A stretch of DNA of 64,000 nt. Source: Tubulanus polymorphus. Its lineage: Eukaryota; Animalia; Nemertea. Made by a program: the position numbers and the translations under genes. The stretch is taken from assembly GCF_964204645.1 (NCBI RefSeq), contig NC_134030.1, positions 8,599,122-8,663,121 of the forward strand, given 5' to 3'. The notes below the pieces were generated by a model. That model searched no databases. It worked only from the letters and a program-made list of their open reading frames with translations, and had not been told where the DNA came from. The first letter of the stretch is position 1; every line of letters begins with the position of its first letter. Shown one piece after another: positions 62,101 through 64,000 of the stretch.

Positions 62101-64000
62101 AAAGAAAGCATACATTAATTTTTTTCGGGTTAATAAAACAGTTACAGCAGGCTCGTAATTCAATAAATTTTTCATTATAGAACCTGCTGTAACGTTGACA
62201 GAACCATATCTTACGCGCGATAAAGGTGAGGAAATAATCCGGTATGATTAAGAAAATAAATTATCATTAACATAATCATTATTGATTATTCAGGTCAAAG
62301 CTGTTGTTGTTATCTATAAAAAGATATCTAGAATAGGAATGAATAAATGGAAGTAATCATTAGATTAGCGATACCGATGATGGAAAGGTATCAACATTTC
62401 TCTCAATTTGTAGCATTTTTGCGAGAAAAGTTGGAAAGAAGTTTGAATCAAAGGAACATTACTGACGACGAGAAAACAGGTGCGCGCGTTACAATGTCTT
62501 TCTCGTGCTTTCCCAAATGCCTATTTCAAGAACGGTATTTTCTTAAACGATTCTCATTACAGAGATATTGACGCTTTTAAGATGGGAAGGAAATTGGATC
62601 GAATGGAATAGAGTGGTCTGCATTGATAATGCTGGTAAATATTGTACGCCAACATTTATGAGGCCTTCTTTTAAAATCTATGTACCGGTATGTTAATCTA
62701 TGCAACATAGACTTTAAGTGTTACTTTCTGGCAGAAAAGACAGACTTAATGATTTTGCTTTTCGATTGAAGTTCTCATTTCGCATACATTTTAAATGATA
62801 TATACATGTATAATACCTATTCATGAAAATCTTCTGTTTTAAGTAAGATTGATTGAGCGAACATTAATGGAATATTCCGCTACAGCCAACAAAAAGTCAC
62901 CGGGTAAATTTAGCATTTGTTTATTTCTCATTTTAAGCATAATTATAACAACAACAAAGAGGATATTTTTGTCATTTTCTTTTATAGATGTATTAAAAAC
63001 AATGGATCAGTTACTAACTCAAGAAACTGAAGGTGATTCTGACATTAAATATATGTACACAGACAGGCCCTTGAATCAATTTTTAGGATCCCTTTACCTT
63101 TTATTGATATTTCCATCCGTAACGATTACTTGTTCTTCCGTACGACTTTCAGAAATCGACGCTTTGTGCAATAGAAATGAGGGTGAGCTTCAATTTTATT
63201 TAGGAATATTTCGTCCGTCTAATTGGCTCTGTTTTCGTCCAGAAATCCCACGCACGATCGTATAGAAAAAAAATTGTTAATTTTTCTTTTCTGTGTTTCA
63301 GTTGATTTATTCCGAAAAAGGGTTATATGCTATAGAGGTTCGTGTAATTCAAATTCTTATTTGTTATCATTAGAAGTTTTAAAATACTTTTGTGTATAGT
63401 TCCATAAAAGTAATTTCAAGATCATATTTTGTTTCAGCTACTGATACAGTAACACGTAAGTTATCAGAAAAATGAGAAAACGTTCGGTTGAAAAATGTAT
63501 CAAAAGCTTGAGTGATCGTTAGAGCATTGATATTGATGCATAAATTATTTTTGATTTATGTACTTGACAGGTAAATACATGAAAACTAGTTGTGCAACTA
63601 TCTTTGAGAATCAAATCGAAAAATTCAAAGGTAAGTAGCTACAGGTCCCTACTCAAAAGAGACAGTGGTTATAGATAAAAAACGCCTCCCATTTCTCATT
63701 TGCTTAAGCTAAACAGAAAAATCTAAATAGATACGAGCGCACTGCATTGAATTTGATAATGTTATAGTAGTGATTAAGTGTTATGTATGATAGTTAGCTA
63801 ACCATGCAGTATCCATCTTACAGAGTTGATAACTGTTATCTTGGATTCTCGAATATCAGAACTGTCGAAACAAGGTAAGTAGGTTTCCTGAAAATGTAAA
63901 TAAAAAACGATAAGATCAATTTTTATTCTAAAAACGCATTCAAAAATGCCATTCTATTGTCAAAATTGTGATGAAAAGTTTTACTTTTTGTAGTTCCTTC
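59113..64000 (+). CDS. Ig-superfamily type I membrane protein, partial; Ig exons 59113-59430, 59979-60148, 60323-60458, 60900-61223, 61409-61696; TM exon 61778-61891; tail exons 62181-62225, 62414-62479, 62563-62634, 62844-62903, 62988-63032, 63153-63182, 63302-63337, 63438-63455, 63571-63630, 63824-63874, 63994-end
   Basis: Ig motifs VTC...AAKYQC, LMCVAGEANPPSTIYWFR...SDDGSYVKC, ADDYGNYVC; hydrophobic VLVTAVSGTILTGVLVAGVLIGI followed by RRRCKRK; all junctions GT-AG and open. No signal-peptide exon found. Confidence 0.8.

Overview
AT-rich, intron-dense eukaryotic DNA; gene content and style suggest a marine spiralian invertebrate (inference). I built gene models by hand from GT-AG splice sites and checked reading-frame phase at every junction. 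In order: (1) a 4-exon secreted precursor with two homologous 4-Cys peptides, largely missed by the ORF track (+, 1373-4380); (2) ATXN7L3/SGF11 (-, 12 exons); (3) a 360-aa orphan ORF; (4) a gene-poor stretch with coding-like relics and a 180-bp palindrome carrying two minimal hammerhead-ribozyme motifs; (5) Na+/K+-ATPase alpha (-, 1039 aa) with a duplicated, apparently mutually exclusive TM2 exon; (6) TOMM70 head-to-head with it, with a LINE fragment and a 519-bp microsatellite in intron 1; (7) TBRG1 (-), apparently with an extra N-terminal HARE-HTH domain; (8) an SMB-domain 7TM receptor split by an in-frame TGA directly followed by ATG; (9) an Ig-domain membrane protein whose cytoplasmic tail is built from at least ten tiny phase-1 exons and runs off the window. 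Several MITE-like families are interspersed. No database searches were run; family names come from motif recognition.
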